From Bdellovibrionota bacterium (GTDB lineage Bacteria > Bdellovibrionota_C > UBA2361 > CALJRW01): DNA of 64,000 nucleotides. The notes under the pieces were generated by a model. It was not told where the DNA came from. It did no database searches and saw only the letters and a program-made list of their open reading frames with translations. Positions 34,617 to 43,441 of the stretch are shown here, one piece after another. The stretch spans positions 57,462 to 121,461 of the forward strand of contig JBGSMD010000011.1 in NCBI GenBank assembly GCA_041740355.1, in the 5' to 3' direction. The first letter of the stretch is position 1. Each line of letters opens with the position of its first letter. The translations under genes were made by a program, and so were the position numbers.

Positions 34617-34768
34617 AGTATATTTCTCACTCTAAAATTTTCTTTTATTATAAACTTTAAGCTGTTGAGTGATATGATGAGTATCATAATCTTTTAAAAA
34701 TAATTATTTTTCATTGAATCTGTAATAGGCATTTACAGTCGATTAGAGTAAATAGTAGAATAAACTTT

Positions 34769-35302
34769 ATGAAAGCAACTGAAAGAGATTTATTACAAAT
34801 TGCCTATCTGCATAAAAAATTAGGTATTCCCGAAGATTATGCGGACTCCAGATTATTAGTGGCCTTCAGTGAATCTACGGAATTAGTCAAAGTTGAAAAT
34901 GATTTAGATCCGCGATGTTTTTATTTGGCACCTGACGCTAAGATTGCACTAAGCCATATGCAAGAAGCTGCGCACCATGAAAAAATTGATCTTCAAGTTT
35001 ATTCAGGATTTAGATCTTATGAATATCAAAAAAGATTGATTGAAGATCGCGTTCTAAATGGCGAATCAATTGAGCGAGTCTTAAGTTATTTAGCTGCCCC
35101 TGGTTTTTCGGAGCACCATACTGGATTAGCGATTGATTTAACAACTAGTGGTTGCACAGCTGGCTGTGAAGAGTTCGAAGCAACAGAAGCATTTAGATGG
35201 TTAAAAGCAAATTCCGACAAATATAACTTCAAAATGACTTATCCTAGAAATAATCCTTGGGGATTTGTGTATGAGCCGTGGCATTGGGCTTATCAAAATT
35301 AA
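34769..35302 (+). CDS. M15B (VanY-like) D-Ala-D-Ala carboxypeptidase
   Basis: SGFRSYEYQ, APGFSEHHTGLAID, YEPWHW. Confidence 0.92.
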   Translation: MKATERDLLQIAYLHKKLGIPEDYADSRLLVAFSESTELVKVENDLDPRCFYLAPDAKIALSHMQEAAHHEKIDLQVYSGFRSYEYQKRLIEDRVLNGESIERVLSYLAAPGFSEHHTGLAIDLTTSGCTAGCEEFEATEAFRWLKANSDKYNFKMTYPRNNPWGFVYEPWHWAYQN

Positions 35303-35501
35303 TTGCTTAACTTTTGATGTTTATAGAAATAAATATAGATGTACAGTATTCACTGTAAAATAAGTATACATGTGTTTTTAATTCATTTTGTTTTAGATCG
35401 CCGCTCAAATCTTGAACGATAGTCGATCATGTCCTCTTTCATGAAGCTAAATTTTTAAGTTATAAGTCAGAATGCTGGGCGAAACAAAAGGGTAGAATAA
35501 A

Positions 35502-36173
35502 TTATAATTCCTCGTCCCGAATGTGATTTATTCCAAGTTGCCTTATATTTTCTACTTCAATATCAAACTCGGTAGTAAAATTTTGAATGAGAATGCCGAA
35601 TTGTGGTCTTAGGATACGAATCATTTGCTGATGAATATTAGCTTTTAGTTCTATCCAATCAACTTTCCTCTCCTGTATAACTTTCATTGCAGATTTTGTT
35701 GGAAATTTATCGATGTTACAGAAATCAAATTTACCAGTTGGTAAAAAGGAAAGTGAATCTAAGATTGTTAAATCAGCTTGATAAGCATCAAATTGTTCAT
35801 CTATTTGAGGAGCAAGATCTACTCCAACTGGGATCGCCCCAAGTTCTAAAAGTAACCTTGGCATCCATGGGTCAAAAGCATTTTTAGTTTTATTTTCATA
35901 GACTCTAGAACCACAGGCTAAATCAAGTGTTAGCTTTCCACGTAGATCTGTGAGATTAGGATAAACAGATTTCAGCAAATTTAAATGTCGTAAAATTGAA
36001 CTCTGACATTCATACGCATTAGACTCTTCTAACAGAGGATAATACTTTTTCATTAATTGAAATGCGAGATCACAATCTACCTTATCTATAAGTGGTAGTT
36101 TCATGTCTGGTAAAGTTGGTAATGTTCCAGTCGTTGTTAAATCAATTTTATGAGTTTGACCTGTGGGATTCAT
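35502..36173 (-). CDS. Class I SAM-dependent methyltransferase-like protein
   Basis: TLDLACGS motif I, VGVDL, QADL, FDF, RILRP. Confidence 0.6.
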   Translation of the reverse strand: MNPTGQTHKIDLTTTGTLPTLPDMKLPLIDKVDCDLAFQLMKKYYPLLEESNAYECQSSILRHLNLLKSVYPNLTDLRGKLTLDLACGSRVYENKTKNAFDPWMPRLLLELGAIPVGVDLAPQIDEQFDAYQADLTILDSLSFLPTGKFDFCNIDKFPTKSAMKVIQERKVDWIELKANIHQQMIRILRPQFGILIQNFTTEFDIEVENIRQLGINHIRDEEL

Positions 36174-36311
36174 TTTTTGTTAGCTAATTCACATAAGTTA
36201 TGGAATTAACTAAGTAATGTGTGCTTACTTTTTATAGACTAATTTCCGATCGGATTAACCTACCCTATAGTCTGTATTCCTTTAACAGAATGATATCGTA
36301 TTAGAAGAATC

Positions 36312-36614
36312 CTATCTTAAATTTAACTTATTAATAATATTCATCATAATCTGAAACTTTGAGCTAAGAAACTCAATTGCTGATTGCATAGCAACTGTTA
36401 AGGTTTGGTATTTATCTTGTGCTTTAGCAATATCAGCTTGATTGCCACTGGCTAGGGCATCGAAGTAGGATTTCTTGGCTGTTTCAAGGTTATTGCCAAT
36501 CTTATCAAAGATTTTTCCATCTTCCGCTACACTTTGATTAATATTTTTAATTAATCCTTCTCCATTATATTGATAGTTTGTGATTTGATTTGGGCTGATT
36601 CCGGTGATTTCCAT
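36312..36614 (-). CDS. Small helical hypothetical protein
   Basis: 100-aa ORF with AAGGAG RBS and an amphipathic helical hairpin. Confidence 0.7.
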   Translation of the reverse strand: MEITGISPNQITNYQYNGEGLIKNINQSVAEDGKIFDKIGNNLETAKKSYFDALASGNQADIAKAQDKYQTLTVAMQSAIEFLSSKFQIMMNIINKLNLR

Positions 36615-36755
36615 AATTATTCTCCTTGCTCTAAATGTTTGAATTTCCTAGTTTATCGTAGAAAAATAGGTGGAGTTGTTAAGCCTTTATAGAAAAATGA
36701 CTTTTTATTGATATTTTTCTATATTCACTCTGGATTTTGTTATTTCAAATTTATC

Positions 36756-37994
36756 ATGGAAAAAAGACGCGTAGTTATTACTGGTATTGGAATGGTTACC
36801 CCCTTAGGGAATTCTACTAAGGAATCTTGGGATTCTGCTGTAGCAGGGAAATCGGGGATTGCTCGGATTACGCAGTTTGACCCTTCGCCCTTTGCTGCTC
36901 AAATCGCTGGTGAAGTTAAAGGCTTTAATATCGAAGATTTCATGGATCGCAAAGATGCTAAGCGTTTAGATAGGTTTTCACAGTTAGCCATCGGAGCTTC
37001 TGATGAAGCGTGGAAAGATTCCGGATTAACTGCAGAAACTTATCCGATGGAAAAGTTTGGTTGCATTGTTGGTTCTGGTGTCGGTGGACTTAAAACTCTG
37101 GAAGAAAACTATGAGACTTTTCGCACTTCTGGGCCACGTCGAATCTCTCCTTTTCTAATTCCAGCAATGTTAGATAACTTATCCGCCGGTCACATCGCCA
37201 TTCGCTTTGGACTTAAGGGTGTGAACTTTATTACTAGTAGCGCTTGTACCTCCGCTTCTCACGCCATGGGCGAATCAGCTCGGATGATTGCTTACGGAAT
37301 GCAAGAAGCAATGGTGACAGGTGGCTGCGAAAGTACTGTTACATATTTAGGTATCGGTGGTTTCGCTGCGATGAAAGCATTATCAACACGTAATGATGAG
37401 CCAGAGAAAGCTTCTCGACCATTTGATGTTGATCGCGATGGTTTCATTATGGGTGAAGGTGCCGTGATGTTTGTGCTTGAATCTTTGGACAGTGCCAAGA
37501 AACGTGGTTCCAAGATATATGCTGAAGTTGTTGGTTATGGTGTTTCTTGTGACGCTAGCCACATTACCGCACCAAGTGGGATTGGAGCAGAAAACTGCAT
37601 GAAGTATGCAATTGCTGATGCCGGACTTAACTTAACAGATATTGATTATGTCAATGCTCACGGAACTTCAACTCCAGTTGGTGATGCACAAGAAACAAAA
37701 GCTATCAAAAATGTATTTAATGATTATGCTAAAAATGGTTTGCTTGTAAGTTCTACTAAATCGATGACTGGACACTTGCTCGGTGCTGCTGGAGCCATCG
37801 AAGCAGCGTTTTGCGCATTAATGTTAGAGAATCAAATAGTACTCCCAACAATTAACCTTGATAATCCTGATCCAGAATGTGATTTAGATTATGTTCCGCA
37901 CGAAGCTCGACAAGTAAAACTTAAAAATGTTCTTTCTAATTCTTTTGGGTTTGGTGGAACAAATGCGAGTCTTGTCCTACAGAAAATGGATTAA
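36756..37994 (+). CDS. fabF: 3-oxoacyl-ACP synthase II
   Basis: RRVVITGIG, SACTSASH, SRPFD.DRDGF, NAHGTSTP.GD, KSMTGHLLGAAG, SNSFGFGG; ATG at 36756. Confidence 0.97.
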   Translation: MEKRRVVITGIGMVTPLGNSTKESWDSAVAGKSGIARITQFDPSPFAAQIAGEVKGFNIEDFMDRKDAKRLDRFSQLAIGASDEAWKDSGLTAETYPMEKFGCIVGSGVGGLKTLEENYETFRTSGPRRISPFLIPAMLDNLSAGHIAIRFGLKGVNFITSSACTSASHAMGESARMIAYGMQEAMVTGGCESTVTYLGIGGFAAMKALSTRNDEPEKASRPFDVDRDGFIMGEGAVMFVLESLDSAKKRGSKIYAEVVGYGVSCDASHITAPSGIGAENCMKYAIADAGLNLTDIDYVNAHGTSTPVGDAQETKAIKNVFNDYAKNGLLVSSTKSMTGHLLGAAGAIEAAFCALMLENQIVLPTINLDNPDPECDLDYVPHEARQVKLKNVLSNSFGFGGTNASLVLQKMD

Positions 37995-39322
37995 TGGATA
38001 AAAAAGTTACACATCAGATTGTTAAGCCAAAAACTCTAGCAGGATTTCAAGATTTACTTCCCGCTGATGCAATGGCACAGAATCATTTAATTGATCAAAT
38101 CAAAACAATCTTTCATAGCTTTGGTTTTAGTCCGATTCAAACTCCGCACTTAGAATATAGCGAAATGCTCTTGTCGGAATCTGACGGAGAAATTGGCAAA
38201 CAACTTTTCCGCTTCCAAGACAATGGCGATCGCGATGTATGTTTACGTTATGACTTAACAGTTCCCCTTGCTCGTTTTGTGGTGGAGCATTTAAGAGAAA
38301 TTGGCTTACCCTTTAAACGTTATGCTATCGGTAGTTGTTTTCGTGGCGAACGTCCACAGCAAGGAAGGTATCGTGAATTTACCCAATGCGATTTTGACAT
38401 TCTTGGTGTGGATTCAGTTTTTGCGGATTTAGAAATTCTTCAAGTTATTGCCGCAGGCTTTCAGAAACTTGGACTTCGAATTATCTTAAAGTTAAATAGT
38501 CGAGAATTACTAAATTCTTTTATTGCCATGATTGGTTTAGCAGATCATTCGATTGATTTTATTCGCCACCTTGATAAGAAAAATAAAATTGATGCCGAAA
38601 CCTTTGAAGCAGGTCTTCGAGAGCTTGGATGTAATGATGATCAATTAGAGCAAGTTTTGCTATATTTAAATTACGCTACTAGTGCCTCTTCGAATTTGGT
38701 TTTAATTGAAAATTTAAAAACTATTCCCGGAGCATCAGCAGATTTTTTATTTGCCGTGGAGAAGACGGAAATACTTTGCACTTTAGCAAATCAAACTAAT
38801 GCTAAAGATAGTTTATCCCTTGATTTGTCATTGGCCCGCGGATTTGGTTATTACACTGGGCACGTTTTTGAAACAGTCTTAGTGGATGTTCCTGAAGTTG
38901 GGAGTGTTGCTGGTGGTGGAAGATATAATAATCTCACTCAAAATTTCTCTAAAGAATTAATTCCAGGAGTGGGGGCGTCATTTGGTGTATCCCGAATTTT
39001 ATATGCGCTAAGTAAATTAAACACCAATCAGCAATTAACTTCAGCTGATATATTAGTCGCTAATCTTGATATAGAAGTTGCTCCAAATATTATTGAATTG
39101 GCTTCGAAGCTGCGTGAGCAAGGTCTGCGTGTTGAGCTATACCCAGAAGTAGCCAAGCTGAAAAAGCAATTACAGTTTGCTGATCGCAAAAAAATTCCTT
39201 ACATCTTGATCTTTGGTGCAACCGAAGCTGAGAAGAAAATTCTAATCTTGAAAAATCTTTTAACTGGAGAGCAGTTAGAAATTAAAGATATTTCTGAAGT
39301 TACTAGTAAAATTTCTGTTTAA
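37994..39322 (+). CDS. hisS: Histidyl-tRNA synthetase
   Basis: LRYDLTVP, FRGERPQQGRYREFTQCDFD, LARGFGYYTG, GGGRYNNL. Confidence 0.96.
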   Translation: MDKKVTHQIVKPKTLAGFQDLLPADAMAQNHLIDQIKTIFHSFGFSPIQTPHLEYSEMLLSESDGEIGKQLFRFQDNGDRDVCLRYDLTVPLARFVVEHLREIGLPFKRYAIGSCFRGERPQQGRYREFTQCDFDILGVDSVFADLEILQVIAAGFQKLGLRIILKLNSRELLNSFIAMIGLADHSIDFIRHLDKKNKIDAETFEAGLRELGCNDDQLEQVLLYLNYATSASSNLVLIENLKTIPGASADFLFAVEKTEILCTLANQTNAKDSLSLDLSLARGFGYYTGHVFETVLVDVPEVGSVAGGGRYNNLTQNFSKELIPGVGASFGVSRILYALSKLNTNQQLTSADILVANLDIEVAPNIIELASKLREQGLRVELYPEVAKLKKQLQFADRKKIPYILIFGATEAEKKILILKNLLTGEQLEIKDISEVTSKISV

Positions 39323-39325
39323 TAA

Positions 39326-39592
39326 TTATTCCGAGTCTGCATTCTTCATAGCATTCGCTAAAAAATGGATTGCGGCCACAGTTAAGCGATAATCCACACC
39401 ATCTTGAGTTGCAATCAATTTAGCATTACATAAAGATGGATCTCGATAGAAATCAGGATTTCTAGGGTTAAGAAAGGAAGCAAGCACTGCGCCATCTTCA
39501 GTCACAATCGGGGAGTATCCAGTTTCGAGAACAAGCTCTCTAGCCCGCTCTAAAGTAACAGTGTGTGGAGAGTATAGAGGTCCTAAAAGCAT
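39326..39592 (-). CDS. Small hypothetical protein
   Basis: 88-aa ORF convergent on hisS, filling the gap without overlap. Confidence 0.45.
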   Translation of the reverse strand: MLLGPLYSPHTVTLERARELVLETGYSPIVTEDGAVLASFLNPRNPDFYRDPSLCNAKLIATQDGVDYRLTVAAIHFLANAMKNADSE

Positions 39593-39909
39593 TAATTCGT
39601 TACAGTTTAAAAGGTCGCTTATGTTATGTTATGTTTTAACTCGATGTTACATAACTCTTTTTAAGTCATAATTAAGAGTCATCTCGCACTTTCCTTATTA
39701 ATAAATCTTACCCAGAAAATCTAATTCATCTTAGTTAATTATATTAGTCACTTAGAATAACTTGAAGTTAAAGTTAAATTGGAGGAAATTCTTAAACCCA
39801 ACTATTTCAGAATCAAATTAGCAGAAAATACCGAATAATACTTTAAGTTAGTTCTTAATAACTAGCTTTCTTCTTCCTTAGGTTTCTTGTCATGTTTTAA
39901 GGTATTTCC

Positions 39910-41145
39910 TTGATGGTTAACTCAGCATTAGCAGTTTCGATTGCGCCAACTCCTGTAGTTGAGTGCGACCGATTATTCTTGGGAGAGAGTAACCTCAGAC
40001 GGATAACTACCGATCAACAGTTAATTCAAGAAACTTCCATATCAATTACTGGCTATCTCCAAAATGGTTTCCCCACAACGAACCAAGGATTGCAAGAATT
40101 AACTGAAGTCTTAGGAATGCGAAAACTCTATTTAGATCCAGACCCTAATATTACAGCAAGTGATCGTGCTAGTTTGGTGTTTCCTAAAGCCACAGATAAA
40201 TTTCTAACCAATCTTACAAGTAAATTAGAAGCCGAGAGTTTTACGGAGAAGGATCTTGATAAGTTGAAGTTGCTTAATCTGCATATACAATCAAAAGATC
40301 AGATCGCAATTGATTATATCATGATTGATTTTGATCGAAAATCAATTGGACAATTAAATTCTGTAATTAATGGACATCAACATTTTCAAAAGCTTTGGAC
40401 ACCAGAGCCAAGTCAATTAAGTATTGATGATCAATTTCAACTAGTAAATGCTAGGGGAGTGTTAACTAAACAATTCCAAGAAAGTGGACTTTCAACGGAT
40501 GTTGTAAATTTTCGTTTATCAGAAATATTCACAGTTGCTAATGAATTAACTTCACTGGGTATTAAAGTTCCCCAAGTCATTGGGTTTTTAGTTAATGATG
40601 GTAGAAATACCGTCCATTCCAACTTTTCGTTCGAAGAAAGGTATCAATTTCTGTCAGGGGTAGCTAAGCTCTGTCAGCAGCCTATTCCACCACTTGGACT
40701 TGCCCCATATGTTACCCATATTTTTAATTCCAAGCAGGATATGTCAGGAAATATGCAAGAAGCAATAGTTGCAGCTTCGTTACTTAAATCTGGTTGGAAC
40801 ATTCGGGCAATCTCACAGCCAGTGTATTCACCTCGGACAGAGTTAGATATTATTGCCAGCCGTGGAGGAGAAAATTATGTAATTGAGGTTAAAACTTCGA
40901 CTCAAACATTGATGCATAAAAATGATCAGCGGGATCATGATAATCAAATCACCAATTTGCTGACACATTGTGATATTCGACGAGCACATCTTGCTATTTA
41001 CTGTTTAGATCAACCTCGAGTTCATATTTCTGGAGTAATTAAAGCAGTTACTAATGCTCTTCAAAATCCAGAAGATGCCTATAAAGTTTTAGTCCTTTCA
41101 TTTGAGGGCTCGGTATTTAATCTTGAGGGACAAAAAGTCGCTTAG
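39910..41145 (+). CDS. Hypothetical protein with C-terminal PD-(D/E)xK nuclease-like domain
   Basis: QEAIVAASLLKSGWNI..TELDIIASRGGENYVIEVKT (YraN/Hjc-like E..D..ExK). Confidence 0.65.
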   Translation: MMVNSALAVSIAPTPVVECDRLFLGESNLRRITTDQQLIQETSISITGYLQNGFPTTNQGLQELTEVLGMRKLYLDPDPNITASDRASLVFPKATDKFLTNLTSKLEAESFTEKDLDKLKLLNLHIQSKDQIAIDYIMIDFDRKSIGQLNSVINGHQHFQKLWTPEPSQLSIDDQFQLVNARGVLTKQFQESGLSTDVVNFRLSEIFTVANELTSLGIKVPQVIGFLVNDGRNTVHSNFSFEERYQFLSGVAKLCQQPIPPLGLAPYVTHIFNSKQDMSGNMQEAIVAASLLKSGWNIRAISQPVYSPRTELDIIASRGGENYVIEVKTSTQTLMHKNDQRDHDNQITNLLTHCDIRRAHLAIYCLDQPRVHISGVIKAVTNALQNPEDAYKVLVLSFEGSVFNLEGQKVA

Positions 41146-41147
41146 GC

Positions 41148-41777
41148 TTAAAATGATTGAATGTCATTCTTTGGGCATAGACTAATTAAGAGACACTCGG
41201 AGCATGCTGGGTTCTGTGCTTTACAAACACGTCGCCCATGAAAAATTAGACGATGGTGTAAATCCTGCCAATCACTTTTAGGAAATAAGTTTTTTAACTC
41301 CTGTTCTACCGTAACAACATTTTTGCCATGAGCCATGCCAAGTCTTTTTGATACTCTAAAAACATGGGTATCAACTGCCAGTGCTGGAATATTATTTTCA
41401 CTTAATATTACACTTGCTGTTTTATGACCAACGCCAGGTAAGCTTTCTAGGTCTGTAAAGTTTAAAGGTAATTCTTTGCTAAACTCTTCGCACACTCTAG
41501 TAGCCATTGCCTTAATATTTTTTGATTTTGTTTTGTAGTAATTAACTTCTTTGATGATTTTTTCGATCCGCGTGATTGGTGCAGATGCTAAAGTGGAAAA
41601 ATCAGGGTAACTAGAGAAAAGCTTTTCTGTTACTTGATTAACTTTTTTATCTGTACATTGGGCTGAAAGGCTAACTGCAACGATTAATTGATAGTTATCT
41701 TTGAAATTTAGTTCCGATTTGGCAATTGGATAAAGTTGCTTTAGAATCTTAAATTGTTGTTGATGTACTTTACTCAT
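41148..41777 (-). CDS. nth: Endonuclease III
   Basis: LSAQCTDKKVN, HhH LPGVGHKTA, VDTHV, C-x6-C-x2-C-x5-C 4Fe-4S motif. Confidence 0.96.
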   Translation of the reverse strand: MSKVHQQQFKILKQLYPIAKSELNFKDNYQLIVAVSLSAQCTDKKVNQVTEKLFSSYPDFSTLASAPITRIEKIIKEVNYYKTKSKNIKAMATRVCEEFSKELPLNFTDLESLPGVGHKTASVILSENNIPALAVDTHVFRVSKRLGMAHGKNVVTVEQELKNLFPKSDWQDLHHRLIFHGRRVCKAQNPACSECLLISLCPKNDIQSF

Positions 41778-41823
41778 GACTGCCAAGTATCTAACACAGT
41801 TAGCTAAGTTGTGTCATATTTAT

Positions 41824-42076
41824 TATTCGCTTCGCGAATACTTTTTTGACTAGCTATAGTAAGATATTAAAACTCCGCCGCCGCACTGTGTGCTTTGGCG
41901 CGACTTGTCCGCCGAAGCTTAAGCGAAGGAGGATATAATTTACTATATTTTATATTCGCTTCGCGAATACTTTTTTGACCAGCTATAGTAAGATATTAAG
42001 AATCCGCCGCCGCACTGTGTGCTTTGGCGCGATATAATTTACTATATTTTATATTCGCTTCGCGAATACTTTTTTG
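41824..42076. repeat. 99-bp tandem repeat (about 2.25 copies); first copy carries a 30-bp insertion
   Basis: TATTCGCTTCGCGAATACTTTTTTG at 41824, 41953 and 42052 (spacings 129 and 99). Confidence 0.95.
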
Positions 42077-42084
42077 CAAATTAT

Positions 42085-42432
42085 ATGTTTCGTAAAGTTT
42101 TAGCTAGCAAGATTCATCGAGCCACAATTTCTGAGGCAAATCTAGAGTATGAAGGTAGTATTACTATTCCAGAAGAGTTACTTAAAGCTAGTGGTATTTT
42201 GCCATATGAAGCTGTGGCAGTTTGGGATATCACTAACGGGAGTCGTTTTGAAACTTATGCTATCACTGGGGAGAAACCTAGATATATTTGTGTTAACGGT
42301 GCCGCTGCCCATTTAGTCAATCTGGGAGACTTGATTATTATTGCTAATTTTAATTATCAAACAACTGAAACATTAAAAGATTACCATCCAAAAATTATTT
42401 TTGTAGATGCACATAATAATATCACTAACTAA
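42085..42432 (+). CDS. panD: Aspartate 1-decarboxylase
   Basis: KIHRATI, YEG-SITI pyruvoyl cleavage site, NGSRFETYAI, NGAAA; real start ATG 42085. Confidence 0.96.
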   Translation: MFRKVLASKIHRATISEANLEYEGSITIPEELLKASGILPYEAVAVWDITNGSRFETYAITGEKPRYICVNGAAAHLVNLGDLIIIANFNYQTTETLKDYHPKIIFVDAHNNITN

Positions 42433-42438
42433 GAAGCT

Positions 42439-42918
42439 ATGAATAAACCATCTGAAAACAAAGAAGCACCAATTAAAGTCATCGCTCAAAATAAAAAAGC
42501 AAGATTTGAATATCATTTTATCGAAACTTTTGAAGTTGGAATCGTCTTGACTGGGGATGAGATAAAATCAATTCGGGCCTCTCAGATAACCTTAACTGAA
42601 GCTTATGTTCGAGCAATTGAAGGAGAATTATTTTTAATCGGATCGCATATTGCCCCTTATTCTCATAGTTCCGCAAGGGAGTATAATCCAACAAGAAGTC
42701 GAAAATTATTAATGCAAAAAAAACAGATTATTAAGCTGCAAGTTCAAGTAACTCAAAAAGGCTTAACCATTGTTCCTGTTCAAATATATCTAAAAAAAAG
42801 CTTAGCTAAATTAACTATTGCTCTGGCAAAGGGTAAAGATGCGCCAGACAAAAGGCGCACTGTTCAAGATCGAGAGCTTAAAAAGAGAGCGGAGCGAGCT
42901 GTTAAAATGAGTCGATAA
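42439..42918 (+). CDS. smpB: SsrA-binding protein
   Basis: NKKARFEY, GIVLTGDEIKSIR, RSRKLL, LAKGK..DKR. Confidence 0.97.
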   Translation: MNKPSENKEAPIKVIAQNKKARFEYHFIETFEVGIVLTGDEIKSIRASQITLTEAYVRAIEGELFLIGSHIAPYSHSSAREYNPTRSRKLLMQKKQIIKLQVQVTQKGLTIVPVQIYLKKSLAKLTIALAKGKDAPDKRRTVQDRELKKRAERAVKMSR

Positions 42919-43441
42919 TTTGGTAGGGGAGAGCCTGTAAATATTTTGATTAAGTTAAGTGTAATTGCTCCAAGGGAAAGTTTTGAGGAATTAGCTCATT
43001 TAATTACTAGACGATATTAAACCGATGGTTTCTCGAGCTTTTAATTCAGCCGCAATATAACTAAGAGCACAAACTAGTTAATAAAAAGGCAATCTCTACA
43101 CCTATATTCTAAAAATGAGCGAGAAATTCATCCCTGATTTGAACTCAGTATCTTGTTAGTGTTCTTAATAAACACTTAAATCAAGGTTTTTGATGGTTAT
43201 TTATGTAAATCAGAAGCATCCCGTTGTTTTCATGGGATAAAACTAAGGAGCCTTTATTAAGGCTGTATTTCCGATATAATAGTTGACGGTGAAAATTACT
43301 GGATAAATTCTAGCTGTCTATTATAAATTTAGTAATTTTGAAAAGTATTACCAGATTACAAATTACTTATTTGTCTCTTATGTTACACAAATTTAGAACG
43401 TTGCATAACGTTACCAGAAGATTTTATTTTAAGTTGTTTTT

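Noticed and set aside
42019-42084. N-terminal extension of PanD in the ORF track
   Set aside because: It is translated repeat DNA; PanD homology starts at ATG 42085
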